Shown here: piece by piece, positions 1 to 14,154 of the stretch
Position numbering within the stretch: position 1 is the first letter of the stretch
How the letters are laid out: every line of letters starts with the position of its first letter
Assembly (NCBI RefSeq): GCF_036321535.1
Contig: NC_087437.1
Span: 97,528,001 to 97,592,000, forward strand
DNA length: 64,000 nt
Source: Camelus dromedarius
Taxonomy: Eukaryota
Direction of reading: 5' to 3'
The notes under the pieces: generated by a model
Database searches by the model: none
What the model saw: the letters and a program-made list of their open reading frames with translations, nothing else
Told to the model about the DNA's origin: nothing
Made by a program: the position numbers and the translations under genes

Positions 1-149
1 GAAGAAATGGGAAAGTCAGTGGAACAATGTCCCTGAGTTTGGTGAGAGACCAAGGGTGGAGTCCACAAGTGGATGACTTGGGGTTTCCTTGGAACCCTCC
101 CTGGACTCCCACAGCCTCTCCTCCAGAGCGGCCGGAGAGATTCTGCATC

Positions 150-690
150 ATATAAGCCAGATCATGATGCACGTCAAGTTAAAAACTCCCCCGTGACTGT
201 CCATCTTACTCAAAGTAAAAGCCTGAGATGTTACAAAGACCTACAGAGAACTGTGTAATTTGGCCCCATTCTCTCTCTGCCTCCCTCTGCTCTCACTGTC
301 CCGCTGGCTCACTAGAGCCCAGGCACACAGAACCCTTTGCCCTTCCTGGAACACATCAAGCCCCTGCAGCTTTTCTACCAACAACGTCTGTGCTCTTAAA
401 CACTATGCTATGCTGCAGGGCTTGCCCTCTCTTTTCCTTTGGGTTTTTGCTAGAATGTCACCTGTATACAGTCTTCCCTGACCATACTATTTAAAACTGC
501 TGCTGGTATCCCCCTACCCTCCATATATATTTTCCCCTTAGCGCTTATTATCTTTGTGACTCTCTTGTCACACTAGAAGGTTGGTTCTAGGAAGACAGTG
601 CTTTTTGTCTATTGTTCATTGTTGTTTCTCCAGCACCTAAATCATTATCTGTCACATATTAGATGCTCACTATGTTCAATAAATAAATAA
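150..690 (+). mobile_element. L2 (LINE2) 3' fragment
   Basis: Degenerate match to recalled L2 3' region (gatcatg..aaaactcc..; cactagaaggt..; ctccagcaccta..gtcacatattagatgctca..aataaataaata tail). Boundaries approximate. Confidence 0.75.
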
Positions 691-1212
691 AGAAAATGTG
701 ATAGTTTGGGGCTTAATCCTAAATGTCAACTGTTCACTCCTTTGAAAATTCTTACCTAAGTATAAAAATTCTAAAACATTCTGTGTGTAATAATAGTGCT
801 TAAATAATATACTGTTATGTACATTTTAGAGTATTTTTTCCCACTTAGATTTCTCATATGACAGGATAAGGAGGACAAAATAAATTTTGGTAACAGGAAC
901 ATTTGCAAAGCTCTACAAAAGTAAGATGCATCTCATAGCTTTGTAATAGGACAAAATCATGTCTTATAGAAGAGGCTTTTGCTGTAACACCAAGTACAAT
1001 TAAGCATTACAGGATAAGGAAGAATATTTTTAAAATCTCTTTTTTTGTACATTCTATGTATCCTGAACAGTAAACTACAGTAGTTTTCAATAATTTCAAG
1101 GCTCTGGTTTGCTCTATTGCTAGGAAAAGCAAAGTAACAAAGGCATTTCCTACCATGTTTTCCAAACATTTTGTCAAGCAAATTCCTCTTACTTTCTATT
1201 GCTATTTTGAAC

Positions 1213-1465
1213 AATAGCTACTATTTGTTGATATTTATTATACAGGTATTGTCCTCTGATCTTAATATCTAATAATTTAATCTCACAACAGACCTATGAA
1301 CTGTTTTGTACTATTCATTGTTCTCATTTTTCACAGAAGGGAACTTACTAAGAGACCATATAACTTAGACGACCTGCCTGTGATCACACTTCTGATTTGT
1401 GGTAGATCTAGGATTCATACCAAGAAGGCTGACTCCAGGATCCATGCCCTTAACCATTGTGCTCC
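1213..1465 (-). mobile_element. MIR SINE
   Basis: Reverse complement of MIR: aatagctactatttgttga..tttaatctcacaac..ctcatttt.cacag..gatcacac..ggattcataccaag..ctgactccagg..cccttaaccattgtgct. Confidence 0.8.
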
Positions 1466-1562
1466 ACTGCTCCCTTGGGCTTCCTGGTTCAGCCACCTTT
1501 AGGAGGTATCCTAGTGTCACCACTGAAGATATAAGCTGGAAATATCCATAAAAAGTAGACAA

Positions 1563-1906
1563 AGTGCTCAGTTCAAGCTGCAATAACAAATTACCACGGA
1601 CTGAGTGGCTTTTGACAACAGAAGTTTGTTTCTCACAGTTCTAGAGGGTGAAAGATCAGAGCTCCTGATCAGGTTCTGGTGAGAGCACACATCTGGGCTG
1701 CAGACTGTGTCCTCATGTGGCAGAAAAAGGGCCACAGAGCTCTCTGGGGTCTCTTTTATAAAGGCAATAATTCCTCATGGATTAGTGTAGACGTCTCCCT
1801 CATGACGGAATTACCTCCCAAAGACCCCATTTCCTAATACCATCACATTGGTGGATAAAATTTCAACACATGAATTTTGGGAAGACAGAAACTTTCAATC
1901 CATACA
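1563..1906 (-). mobile_element. ERVL-MaLR solo LTR, MLT1A/MLT1A0-like
   Basis: gctgcaataacaaattaccac..ctcacagttctagagg..ctctctggggtctcttttataaaggca..cctcccaaagacccca..aataccatcacattgg..atttcaacacatgaattttggg matches the MLT1A reverse strand. Confidence 0.85.
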
Positions 1907-4187
1907 GGAAGTATCTTTTTTCGAAAGAGTTTGTGGAGAATACATTTTAAAGCAAAAAGATAGTAGAAAAGGTGTTGCTGGCCTCAAATATAAGCCACTA
2001 TAACAGCAATTGGACTCCAAAAGATCCTGTCACCACCTAGGCTCCCTGGGTTGACCATATGTATCAGCTTGATTATCTTTTGATATTTACATAAAATAAT
2101 ATGTTCTTAAAATTCAATACATTAATTTTAAAGAGGACCAAAAAGAATTTAGTATAAAATAACACTGAAATAAGTGTCTGAAAATCCAATTTCTGATACT
2201 ATTTTTTAGTCAGTCTGATTATACCCTTAATATACATGAACCTGTTAGTTTGTCTATATACTTGGTAGGTTACATCATACTTCAATCTGCCTTTCTTTTC
2301 TGGGAATTCTTTTTATTAAACTAGAGTTTTTCCTCTAATCTTTTCTTGCAAATAGGAAAAATGTTCACCTGACATCTCAGTGTGTACAAATTTTATTAGT
2401 CTCTCATCAGTTGTATTCCTCTTAGAATAATAGCTCATTTAAAGCTCATGGATTTAAAATCAATCAAAATATTTTATTTTGGAATTTAACGTTTTATACA
2501 ATCAAGTAAGTTTACTTCATTAAAAAAATTAGACAATAATTAAGTAATTTTGAGTTTCCATATGCATTAACCACCCTAAAGTATGCATTTGCGCTAGACT
2601 ACAGGTTTGATCAAGAGACTATATGCTGACTCATCACGTTGATGCAGGTTTAGAGTCATTTCAACACTCTCCAAAACGGAGTGGTTTATTGGTATGTCAT
2701 ACTATTTGTTGTATGATATGATAAATATAATATGATTCATCATGCCACTCTATAAATATTGCAATGGATTATTAAAGCAGTAAAATCTAGTGGCAGAAAT
2801 ATAATGAGATCATGTCACATTTGTATAAAAGCAAGATGATAAATTGTGCCTTCTGTAGAGGCTGTTATAACCTTAGAAGGATCTGAAGTAAGGATTCTTG
2901 GAGCAGAGAGCGAGAAAAACAGCTCTAAATGCAAGTTAATTTTCCATTAAAAACACTGATTAAGAACACCTGTTGAGAGTACAGACTGATACAGGAATAT
3001 AGAACGACAACTAGCTGGACTCTCATGTCAGTGTAGGCAGACAGTATTTCATTAAAAAGACTGGTTCTTGAATGGTCTAAAATATTTGCAGACAACATTT
3101 GGAATAATCCTCTAAATGAAATGTCTAAAATCTCAAATATGCATCATACATATAGACATAAATAAGTCTAAATAAAAAATTAGTATGAAAATTAGCATTA
3201 GGCCATATTTGAATGTGTTTCAAATTTTTACTTTGTCAAATAATTTCTATTCATGCCCTCCTACTACGGAAAATATATCACTTTGGAGGAAATATTTTAT
3301 CTAGACAAATTTTATTCCCTAAATAGATGCTTGTTAGGCTTCTGATACTTTTATACACAGATTTAGCTAACGATAGTGTTTCTTACAGTGGAGAATGTGG
3401 CAAAATCAGTGGCTAATGACCTTTGTACAGATTAGAAATTAGGAATGCTATTATTCAACAAAATGTTTATGCTTTTAAAAATAATAAAATGATACATTAC
3501 TATACAGTTTTAAAATAGCCACATCTGCAGTCATCTTCCCTAGAATTATCAATTGATCTCGAATTATTTATAATACTCTAAGAACAAACTTTAGTAACTA
3601 TTTCACAATTAAACAAAAATGAATATACTTTATATTTCTAAGATGGGCAAACATAGTGATCTGTCTGAAGTGCTTTTCTGAAGGAAGGCTAGTTACTTTG
3701 ACAATGGAAGTATGCACAGCTCATGGCTGTCACCATGTAATGAAATCATCGTTGGGCCATGTATTTTCTGGTTTCCCCTATATTTACCCCTGCTCTTTCA
3801 CCATCCAAACTTACGTTAACCTGTGGATTAGAAGCAACTATCTGGGAAAAATATCCTTTGATCTGCCAGGTCGAGAAATGACCTGACTGACAGCCTTTGA
3901 CTTAACATTGTTCAATTGTACTTCTTAAATACTGTGCCTAATATTCTGAAACGCTATAGTTACTCTTACACCTCTTATTCTTTAGGGGTGACATTCATGA
4001 AATAGTACGATACAATAAATTCTATCAGAGTTCCTGACAGAAAATGATGTTTCAATTCAAATATTTATCTTGTTAAATTTTATTTATGATTTTAGAGTTG
4101 GTATTATTTTATTAATATTTCCACTTTGCTATTGCACTAACAAAACAGGACTTCCAAAATTTATTTTAAAAATTGACTCCATTCTTT

Positions 4188-4636
4188 CAGTGAGCAGAAT
4201 AAGGCCGTAATTCTCCCCACGCCCCATGATATGTCCACATGATAATTCCAATCTCTGAAATTTGTATATTCGATTACATGGCAAAGGACAAACAAGGTTG
4301 TTAATCAGTTGACCTCAAATGAGAAGATTATCTCAAATTATCCTAGAGGGCCCAATGCAATAACAAAGGTCTTTAAAGACAGAAATAGGTAAGATGACAG
4401 AGGGCCAGGAGCCAAGGAATGTGGGTGACAGCCAGTAACTGGAAAAGTAAAGGAATCAGAGAGCCTCCCATAGAGCCTCCAGAAAGAAATCCATCTCTCA
4501 TGATACCTTGATGTTAGGCCAATGAGACTCATGTTGGACTTCTAACCTATAGGACTGTAAGATTATAAATCTTTAGGTACTTGGCCACCAGGCCACTTTT
4601 GATAATCTGGTGTAGCATTTATAGAAAACTAACATA
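4188..4636 (+). mobile_element. ERVL-MaLR solo LTR, MLT1D-like
   Basis: gcagaataa..atgtccac..ttacatggcaaagg..gagaagattatc..gggcccaatg..ggagccaaggaatg..tagagcctccagaaagaa..ggacttctaacc..actgtaagat..gaaaactaa. Confidence 0.85.
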
Positions 4637-7600
4637 ATTCTTGAGTGTAAGTTTATTTTGCCTAGAAGAAAAATTTCTGGTACTTCAGATTGTATAACGA
4701 GAATTATTAGGCATACAGGTCATCTAAATAAATAGGCTTTTTTATACATTTCACCAGAACACACCTCTATCATTAAATGATTATGTTAGGCAAAAATTCT
4801 GATTTAAGTATGGAAAATAAAGGCAAGCGATTATGCATTTTAATTCTGTGTCCACAATCAGACACACAGACAATTATATATTCATTTAAAATAAATAATA
4901 TATTCTAGAAAAAATTCTGAGTCCAAATAATAAGGCTATGCTTAAAGAAAAACAGAAATTTTAAACAACTGAGTTGAAAGGTAATATATTCCCTAATTAT
5001 TAACTTGGTTGATGATGCCAAGAAGCAGGATGCAGGTGTTAAAAGGAAACACACTTTATCTGAATTTATTCAGTGAAACAACTCTAGTTTCTAAAACTGG
5101 TTTAGCAGCAATCAATAGTGGCAAAATTTTTAAAGTCTGACGTTAACTTGCTGACGAGTATTGCATTATTCAGATGTATTCACCTTGACATTGATTTTTC
5201 ATAATCTTTATTAGTAAGAGTAACAAAACTAATAACCATGGCCTTTTCTAGGCAGCTGAAAACCACGCTAGGGAAAATAAAACCCTCAAATACAGTGGAG
5301 TTTTGCAATAATCCTGTTCTTGGGATTAAATTGTAGCAAAAACATACTTCTAGAACGTCTAGTATTGAAAGAGTAAATGATGTCCAAGATCGGAGTGCAG
5401 GGAATCAAATACCATGGAGGGGAGAGAAATGCTCATGAGACAGCAAAGTTCAAGATTTCTTATTGTCCGTTATTTCTCTGTCCATGGTAAATCAGTTTCC
5501 CAAAGTAGGAGTCACAGACAAGATCTATTAATTGTCTTTCATACAACAACAAGAGATGCCTATTCCTGACTTGAAAAAACTTGAGATAGTCATACCATTG
5601 GTGTGATACTTTAAGCAAAAATTGTGGAGTTGTTTTTTACAGTTGTAATGGAACCCAATTTAGCCAATAGCACTCATATTTTCTTTATACTTCCTGTTAC
5701 TAGTGATGAAAATTCTCCTCGGAAGTTGGCAACCAGAAATAGCTGCCAGTCTTCAAAATGACCAGTTTCTAAGGAAGCCATTTTTTTCCAGAAGACAAAA
5801 TAATTCAAGTCAAAATGTCCAGTGCTGATTAAAATTACTCACTCTAGAATAATTTTATGAACCTTAGACAGCTGCAACAGAAGAAGAGTTTCACACACTG
5901 CAACGTAAGGTATTTGTTAAAAGGCTATGGCTATAATATGCTTACTTGTCCCATCACTGTGTACTTATATTAACATAATATTCATATTGCTTTTTTTTCT
6001 ATTTCCAATATACATAAAATTACATTTGATTCTGTTAGCAAAAAAAAGTATTCTATTTATATATAAATGAGCATTCAACATGGATATGATTACTAGTAAC
6101 CATCCCCCAGATAATTTTCAGATAAGATCATGCAAATGATTTATACTTAAGTGACAATATTCAACTCTTCAAATCTCATGCCTTATAAGAAAAATTGGTT
6201 TTCTAGCTTCTCCTTTTGTAAAACACAACAGAGTACTTTGATCTGATAATAGTTTAATCACATACAATATAATAGTAAAAAATTGATTTTTGATCAGTGA
6301 TATTTTATATGTAATGCTCTTCAACAAGTGGGAATTGCCACTTTATTTCAACAACTAGTTTGTAATAAGTTTTATAATTATAAACTAGATGTATTATGCA
6401 AAAAAGACACTATTATATTTACAGTATAAACTATTAGAAGCTTTAAATATATTGAGTAACAATAACTATAGAATCTGTTGTCCTTTAAAAAATATTCTGT
6501 ACAACGATTACAATTCTAAACTTTCTAATACTGCTCTCCTAAAATAACCTTATTAGATTTATTTTTCTACTTCACATATGTTTTCTTTTTAATCATATCC
6601 CTTCACAAACACATGGTAAATGCAATGATTTATTGAACTGGATTTTTAACTGTCTACATTTAGGCTTTGCTCTCAAATCTATCATTCCAGACAAATATAG
6701 CTGACAAAAACATTTATTTAACACATGAGACTGGGAACAAAAAATCAAGAAAAATGATAAAGAGTTAGGAACAATCTGAATTTTCAGACAAAAAATTAAA
6801 CTGAATTGTTACTTCATCATGGGAAGACAAGACAAAGGACATTTGGTGACTATTTGGGGGGAAAAAAAAAGCTAGTCTCATTGGTCGACAGCAGTGATCT
6901 ACAGCTCCGCGTAATAGGCTCCCAGCCCTATAAATCTGTTCTTCTCTGCAGTACTTCCCCGAGAAAGTGATATATTTCTAAAAAGTTCCATCTAAATGTC
7001 ACCCTGAAAGCTTCCTAGGTTGAGGACCATTCCCAAAGCAGAAAAGTACAGCAGCACCTTTTCCCGTGACCCAACAGACTTAAATATTAACTGAGAACAT
7101 GTCCGGAAAGTGAATATACGTAGTATTTAAGCATTTTAAGGAAAAATCTCTGTCTCCTTAAAAAACATTTTAACTTTCAAAGCTTCCACATGCTAACATC
7201 TCTAAGGGCAAGCCTTTGTTCCTCCTGAGGGCTGGAGAATCACACAGACTGGATTATTGAAGCAAAAAACATGCATTGTGAACCGAAGGGTGGGGGTCCC
7301 TCATGCATTTAAGGAATTCCTACTGCATCCCAGGGACCAAGCAGTGTGGAGGGCACACAAGTGAGTAAGCCTGCCTAAGCCAAGAGTCAGATCGAAGTAA
7401 ACATGAGGAAAAGTAGATTGCAGAAGCAAAGAGGTGATGATGATTTTAAACATTACATACAGTAAGAGGGAATACAGGTCCTCATCACAGAATATTTTAA
7501 AGATCTCATCTTGATTCCAATTAGTCTTTAGAAAATTAGAGGAAACTCAGAGATAAATAGGCAAAATGTTCAGGTCAATAACACAGTTTAAACACACATA

Positions 7601-9046
7601 TAATTATGGAGACACAATTTGTATTTGTTTTTGTTTTGTTTTAATAGGGGGGTTGAAACTGTGTATTCCTAACTTATTGTATGTTCAAGAATTGCTATTT
7701 ATTGCATTTGACATTATAATTTCTTCTACTATAGGCTAGTCTTTAGTAAATCAATTTTTGCAGATTTTAAACTGTTACCCACTGCCACCTCTTAATTCAT
7801 AATTTACTTAACATATTTTTAAGAATTTTGCCTCCTTAAGTGGAACATACATCTCCAACCCTACTATAACAGCTGTTCCCCAGAATCCTATGAAAAGCAA
7901 ACGTAAGTGTGTGCTAAATATTTTAAAGGCAATTGCCTCAGTGCCAGAGATACATTTAAAAACTTTAATTTTTTTCCAACCACCTCTATGAAGAAGTAAT
8001 GAAGCTTTAGTATATTACAAGCATGTGTGCTTTTTCAGAGATTCTTTTAGACCATATCTTAAAATTAAATAGGTGCAACATGATTCTTCCTTTAAGAACC
8101 ACCAATTTTTAAAGAAAATACCACACACTTTAAAGAAAATAGGCTTTATATTATAGGGTCAGTATTAGAACAGTACTATACGGACTGATGGTTTTTAACT
8201 AACAATGTTTTTTGCTTCAGATTGTCTAAAAATGTGTTTTTAATCCCAAAATGTTCAATGAACCGCCAGGAACTGAAACAAGTGAAGCAGTCACCTAGTT
8301 TGTTTTTAAATAGCTGGTGAAAATAATAAATGAGGTCTGCCCTTTCAGAATGATCATCAGTTTAAGAATATACCCCCAGGATCACAACTTTTCCAAATTT
8401 TGCCTCAAGAAATTAGGAACACAGGACATGTGAAGTAGCAAGCTCATGTATAAGAAAGCCTCCCAAGATAATGTGATGAAATGTGAGCTCCTCCCCCAAA
8501 CATTTTGTGATAAAATTTGCAAAAAAAAATGCATTTCAAGCTTCCATGTTAAAAATTATTTTCAAAAAAGTTACTATGGATCTATACTCAGGGACCCTTA
8601 GGAACTTGAACCATAAAAATTGAGGACATTAATCTCACAGAAAAAAACTAGGAGAACTATGTTAGTTTTGATATAAAAATAAAAGCCATAATGATAACAG
8701 TGAATGACAGAGATGTAAATAATGGCACGACCATTTCTGAATTTCTGTCACTCTTGTGAATACTACTTTTAGGTGTTTATTCCTCAAGGGAAGTGACTTG
8801 ACATGTTGGTAAGGAGATTTTTCAATCACTGGAGGTGGCAGTGAGAGGAAGACACTCAGAAAAGAGGAGTGCCTTATGTTAAAGTCTCACAGCTTTGGGA
8901 AACCAGCTAAGCATGCTTTTCCTGAAAGAAATCCTGTCTTTGGGGAGAAAATGATGACATCTTACACTAGTGACTATGCGCTTCTATTCACTGCAGTTCT
9001 TACAATGGTTTGCAGGAAGTTAGTTTGTGTTAAGTTAAAAATAAAT

Positions 9047-10192
9047 GAATAAAAGCAAGAATAAACAAATGGGACTTAATTAAACTTACAAGCTTTTGCA
9101 CAGCAAAGGAAACAATAAGCAAAACAAAAAGACAACCAATGGAATGGGAGAAAATGTTTGCAAAAATGAGATGGACAAGGGGTTAATTTCCAGAATATAT
9201 AAACAGCTCATACAACTTAAGAAAAAAACAAACAACCCAATCCAAAAATGGGCAGAAGACATAAACAAGCAATTCTCCAATGAAGACATGCAAATGGCCA
9301 ATGGGCACATGAAAAAATGCTCAATATCGCTAATTATCAGAGAAATGTAAGTCAAAACTACAATGAGGTATCACCTCACACCACTCAGAATGGCCATCAT
9401 TCAAAAGTCCACAAAAGATAAACGCTGGAGAGGCTGTGGAGAAAAGGGAACCCTCCTTCACTGCTAGTGGGAATGCAGTTTGATGCAGCCACTGTGGAAA
9501 ACATTATGGAGAATCCTCAGAAGACTAGGAACAGACTTACCACGTGACCCAGTAATCCTGCTCTGGGCATATACCCAGAGGGAACCTTAATTCAAAAAAG
9601 ATACATGCACTCCAATGTTCATAGCAGCACTATTTACAATAGCCAAGACATGGAAACAGCCTAAATGTCCATCAACAAATGACTGGATGAAGCTGTGGTA
9701 CATTTATACAATGGAATACTACTCAGCCATAAAAGGAATAAAATAATGCTATTTGCAGCAACATGGATGAACCTGGAGAATGTCATTTTAAGTGAAGTAA
9801 GCCAGAAAGAGAAAGAAAAATATCATATATCAGTAATATGTGGAATCTAAAAAAAAAAAAAAAGACAAACTTTTTTACAAACTAGAAACAGACTCACAGA
9901 CATAGAAAACAAACTTATGGTTACCAGGGCTGGGACATTGGGGTGGGAAGGGATAAATTTGGAGTTTGAGATTTGAAGATACTAACTAATATATATAAAA
10001 TAGATAAACAACAAGTGTATACTGTATAACACAGGGAACTAGATTCGATATCTTGTAGTAACTTATGGTGAAAAAGAATATGAAAACAAATATATGTATA
10101 TTCCTATATGACTGAAGCATTGTGCTGTACACCAAAAATTGACACAACATTGTAAACTGACTATACGTCAATAAAAATATATTTTTAAAAAA
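9047..10192 (+). mobile_element. 5'-truncated lineage-specific (camelid-type) LINE-1: ORF2 C-terminus, 3'UTR and A-rich tail
   Basis: ORF 9096-9350 gives L1 ORF2 C-terminal peptide ([45 protein letters not shown]). The 3'UTR (ggagtttgagatttg..gatactaacta..gacacaacattgtaaactgactata..caataaaa) resembles camelid L1. No clear TSD found. Confidence 0.93.
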
Positions 10193-11811
10193 GCAAAAAT
10201 TAGATACTCAATAAAGACAACCTCTTATGTGTCAATTTTTGGAAGCCGTCACTGATGCTGATAATCATTTGCTATAATATGTTTCCCACATTATTTCCAT
10301 TGATTCCCTAATCACTGCTTCCTTTAGAGAAGAGTTCTAGAAATGTTTTAGAGAAAACAAATGCTTCAAATAAGAGTGCGCCTTATATCCTAGCTTCAGA
10401 CATGTCCTCGGCCACTATCTGTTCCCCTGGGTCAACAAGAAGGAATTGATTTTGAGGATATTATTATGGTAACACTGATATATGGTCAGTATGCCAATTT
10501 AACAATCCCAGTGGACCTTACTGTAAGCACTTGGATTCTCTGGACCAAATCACCTGCTATGTGGAGATAACTTCAGACAGTTAATGTTGGTTGAGTGTAT
10601 CTGAGTTTAGTGTCACCGAAACCTGGGCATTACCCACTAAAATGTTAATCACCTAGAATCGTTTTCATGCTTTCTCTATCTGGCCTAAAGAAATAAATAC
10701 ACATAAAATATTTTATATAAATTTAAATTAAACTGTTACATTTCTCCTCACCAGATCAGGATCCATTTACTATGTGGGTTACCCTGTTATTTTAATTGAG
10801 TATAATTTTTCAACATTCAAGTTAAAAATGTCAGCTACTGAAAGGCCTGACTTAAAGTGTATTTCCATAAAGACATAAATCTTAAAATCCCATATTGCAA
10901 TGTTTGTTAACATCTTTATTCAATGCAGTTTTAAACAGATTAAATTGTTTTACAATTGATACAGGTATTATCAGATAAAGGTTACCCACGTTAGAATGCT
11001 TGCATTTTGTTTTGGGGAAATAGGCAAATGTTTGTGAAACCATCAAACGTTCTGAACACCCATTTTATGAGTTGTACTATAGCTGTTAGCCCATTCAATC
11101 TACATCAGTAAGAGTACATACAAGAAGACATCAGTGAGTCAGGATTTCAATCTGCCCTTAATACTGTAATATACAGTTAGTTTCCACAATAAAGAAGACG
11201 GGTGGGTGGGAAAGGCTAATGAATCCGTTCATCTCAATGTATGATAAGTCCACTGCCAAATGCAGTACATTATATTTTATTTACTATTACCCTCTTGTAT
11301 CTTACTTTAGAAAAGATAAATTGTTCTTTTATAGCATCCTATAACATTTATGACTTCTATTTCTATGAACTGATAGTTTAATTATAAAGAACTGTTTTCA
11401 CATAGAATGTATCTAAATGCTAACATACACACGTGTGTCATTATTCTCACCACAATTGTGACACCTTTTTACTTATTAATGAATACATACTTGCAAAGTA
11501 TAAAACATTGGTTACGTCCTAAAATACAGGGAGAAAGAATCTCTACAACGTAAATTTACCCCCTTTTTGTAGCTGGGCAACCTCTTAGACTTTCCCTTAA
11601 AGGCTTTATGTAAATTTAACTTTAGAAACAACTTGCACAAAATGGAGATGTGTAGGTAGAGTGTGACTTTTTATTACAGGTAAAATTTTGCTAAGAACCA
11701 AGTCAGTAGATTTAGCTCCCAGATATTGTATTTATAAACAAAAAACAAAAAACAAACAGAAGCTAAATGGATTGTAGACTGCAATGCAAAAACCGAGTAA
11801 GTTGGGTGAGT

Positions 11812-11993
11812 TGTACAATTGTAAATATTCTGGTTGTGATATTGTGTAAATATCTATCTACTAGACTATAATTTTGCAAAACATTACCATTTGGGGAAAC
11901 TGGTTAAGGATATATGAGAGTTCTCTGTATTGTTTTTCATAATGGCAAATAAATCTATAATTACTTAAAAAATTAAAGTTTAATTTTAAAAAA
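11812..11993 (+). mobile_element. Ancient L1 3' end (L1MD-like)
   Basis: ctggttgtgatattgt..ttaccatttggggaaactgg..tctctgtatt..aatctataatta..aaagtttaattttaaaaaa. Confidence 0.75.
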
Positions 11994-12900
11994 GTAGTTT
12001 CTTTCCAAGATAGAAAACAAAATACTCTATTTTTGAAGCATAATCAAGACTTTAACACCTTAAACATTTAAATTATCCACAGTCTAATATGAAATACGAC
12101 CATTAGCTGCTTTGAAGGTGACGACTTTTTGTCCACTTGCTTCCAAATATAGAATGAGCTTTATAAAATATCACTTGCAAAGAGGCAGCTCAGTGTGTCA
12201 TATCAGATTTGAAGATGTGAATGCCAGATTTGGCAAGGGAAAATTCCAGTTTGAAAACCGCAAATAGTAACAATAAATTGAAGTAAGTTATTGTCCATGA
12301 AAAGAAGTCAAGATTGTGAAAGATTAACAGGATTCTGGTTTCCATACTTTGTTTTATAATACAGCAAGAATACTTGTCCATCATTACAGTATCACCAAGA
12401 AGATTAATCAGAAAATGAGGTGATAACCTAAATTTTGAAAATATTGAATGCAAAATGTGTATGATAGTCTAACTGATAGTCTAACTAAAAAACCTCCAGG
12501 ACAGCAACATGAAATAACTGGGGTATGATTTGGCATAATCAAACATTACAAATCTAGATTAATTTAGCACTTCTTCATTAGAGAGTAAACTCTGGATCTA
12601 CCATTATTTTACTTCATCTATTAACTTTACTATGGAACAAAAATTATTTTCATGGGTCAGTCCCAGCACATACATTTGGGAGTGACTAGATAATTGTTGC
12701 TATCTCAAGGATGAAGTTAGGATTTAAACTACACCACTACCTCTTTCTTAATTTAAACATAATTGTCAAAACTTTCTGCAAGACGTTCTTTTCTTGTCCA
12801 CCCCATTTCAAGGATCAAGTCAATTTCTTCCTATTGTTATAGCACTCACCACAGATGAGATAGTTGTTTATACACAGATTAAGAACTTAAGTTTAGGAAA

Positions 12901-13267
12901 TGCTATTGACTGAATGTTTGTGCCCACTGCCCCAGATTCCTATGCTGAAGCCCTATAACCAACGTGATGGTATCTGAAGATGGAACCTTTGGGAGGTAAT
13001 TAGGTTTAGACGAGGTCATTAGGTTGGGGCCCCCATTACAGGATTAGTTTCCCTTATAAGAAGAGAAAGAGACCAGAACCTCTCTCTCTCTCAGCCATAG
13101 AAGGATAGAGCAAGATGGTGGCCATCTGCAAACCGGAACATGGCTCCTCACCAGACATCAAATATGCTGGCATCTTGATATTGATCTTCTCAACCTGCAG
13201 AGATGTGAGAAATCAGTATTTGCTGTTTAAGCCATCCAGTCTATGGTATTTAGTATTGATGAAGACA
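12901..13267 (+). mobile_element. ERVL-MaLR solo LTR, MLT1A-like
   Basis: Begins TG (tgctattgactgaatgtttgtg) and ends aagaca. Internal gtgatggtat..cctttgggaggtaattagg..cccttataagaagag..ggccatctgcaaacc..tgtgagaaat..tttaagccatccagtctatggtattt. Confidence 0.88.
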
Positions 13268-14153
13268 GAAAGAGTGTGTGTGTGTGTGTGTGAGATTATT
13301 TGCATCCCCATGTCATATAAAAACTAAGTCATATTTTGGATTTGAGATTCATTATAAAATGCTTTTTTATATAAACATTTTAATACTCTGTATCATGTCA
13401 ATGTGAATCATTCCACTATGAAATTTCCTTTGTTGGAGAACAGTTCTTCAAAACTTTAAATTAAGCAGAGCTCTATCACTCACATTTACAGCAATATAGC
13501 CTTTGGAAATACATAATTCATTTTACAACACTATTCCCTCTTTAAAATTTTGTCATGGTTTGTCACAGATTTAAAGTACAAGGCACTTAATGATATGAAA
13601 GCATAATATAATACACGCAGGGTAAATGAAGCAGGTCTGTTCTGAAATATTTATTCTCTTTATAGCCCTGCGAAGTTTGCATGCACATAGCTGTCATGCA
13701 AATTGAACATTTATTCTTTATTGTTAATATGCAACATTCTACAAAACTCAAAAATACAATCTATACCTATTACGGGCATTTTACCTATAAGAAACACTGA
13801 TCTATACACTAAAAGAATTCTTGAAAAATTTTTATAATATAGTTGAACAAATATGTGAAAATAAAGTCTTCAGAAAGTGGGAGTTTGTTCTCTGATTAGT
13901 TGAAATTATTTCATCAGCTGAATTCCTTGAGATATATGAGGCTAGTTGGTCCTTTAGATGCACTGTGAATTGGAACCTCTTATAACTGCAGTACCCTGTA
14001 TAAATATGTATATACACACACATATATACATATACACATATATATAGCAAAGTATTAAATTACAAAAATGAAGAAAGCAAATATGAGGAAAATATATGTC
14101 AGAGTTCCAAAGTACTCAAATGGTCATTTTTTACATTAGGCACTGAATAAGTG

Positions 14154-14154
<1 letters not shown>

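Noticed and set aside
3815..3841. 27-nt in-frame minus-strand microexon (IVASNPQVN, tttttcccAG|..AAC|GTAAGT)
   Set aside because: Short pyrimidine tract, poor exonic donor bases and an unrecognised peptide. The enhancer reading of this region seems more plausible.
7841..7902. Plus-strand exon-like unit (cctccttaAG|..AAC|GTAAGT)
   Set aside because: Weak AAG acceptor, no partner exons found and an unrecognised peptide.
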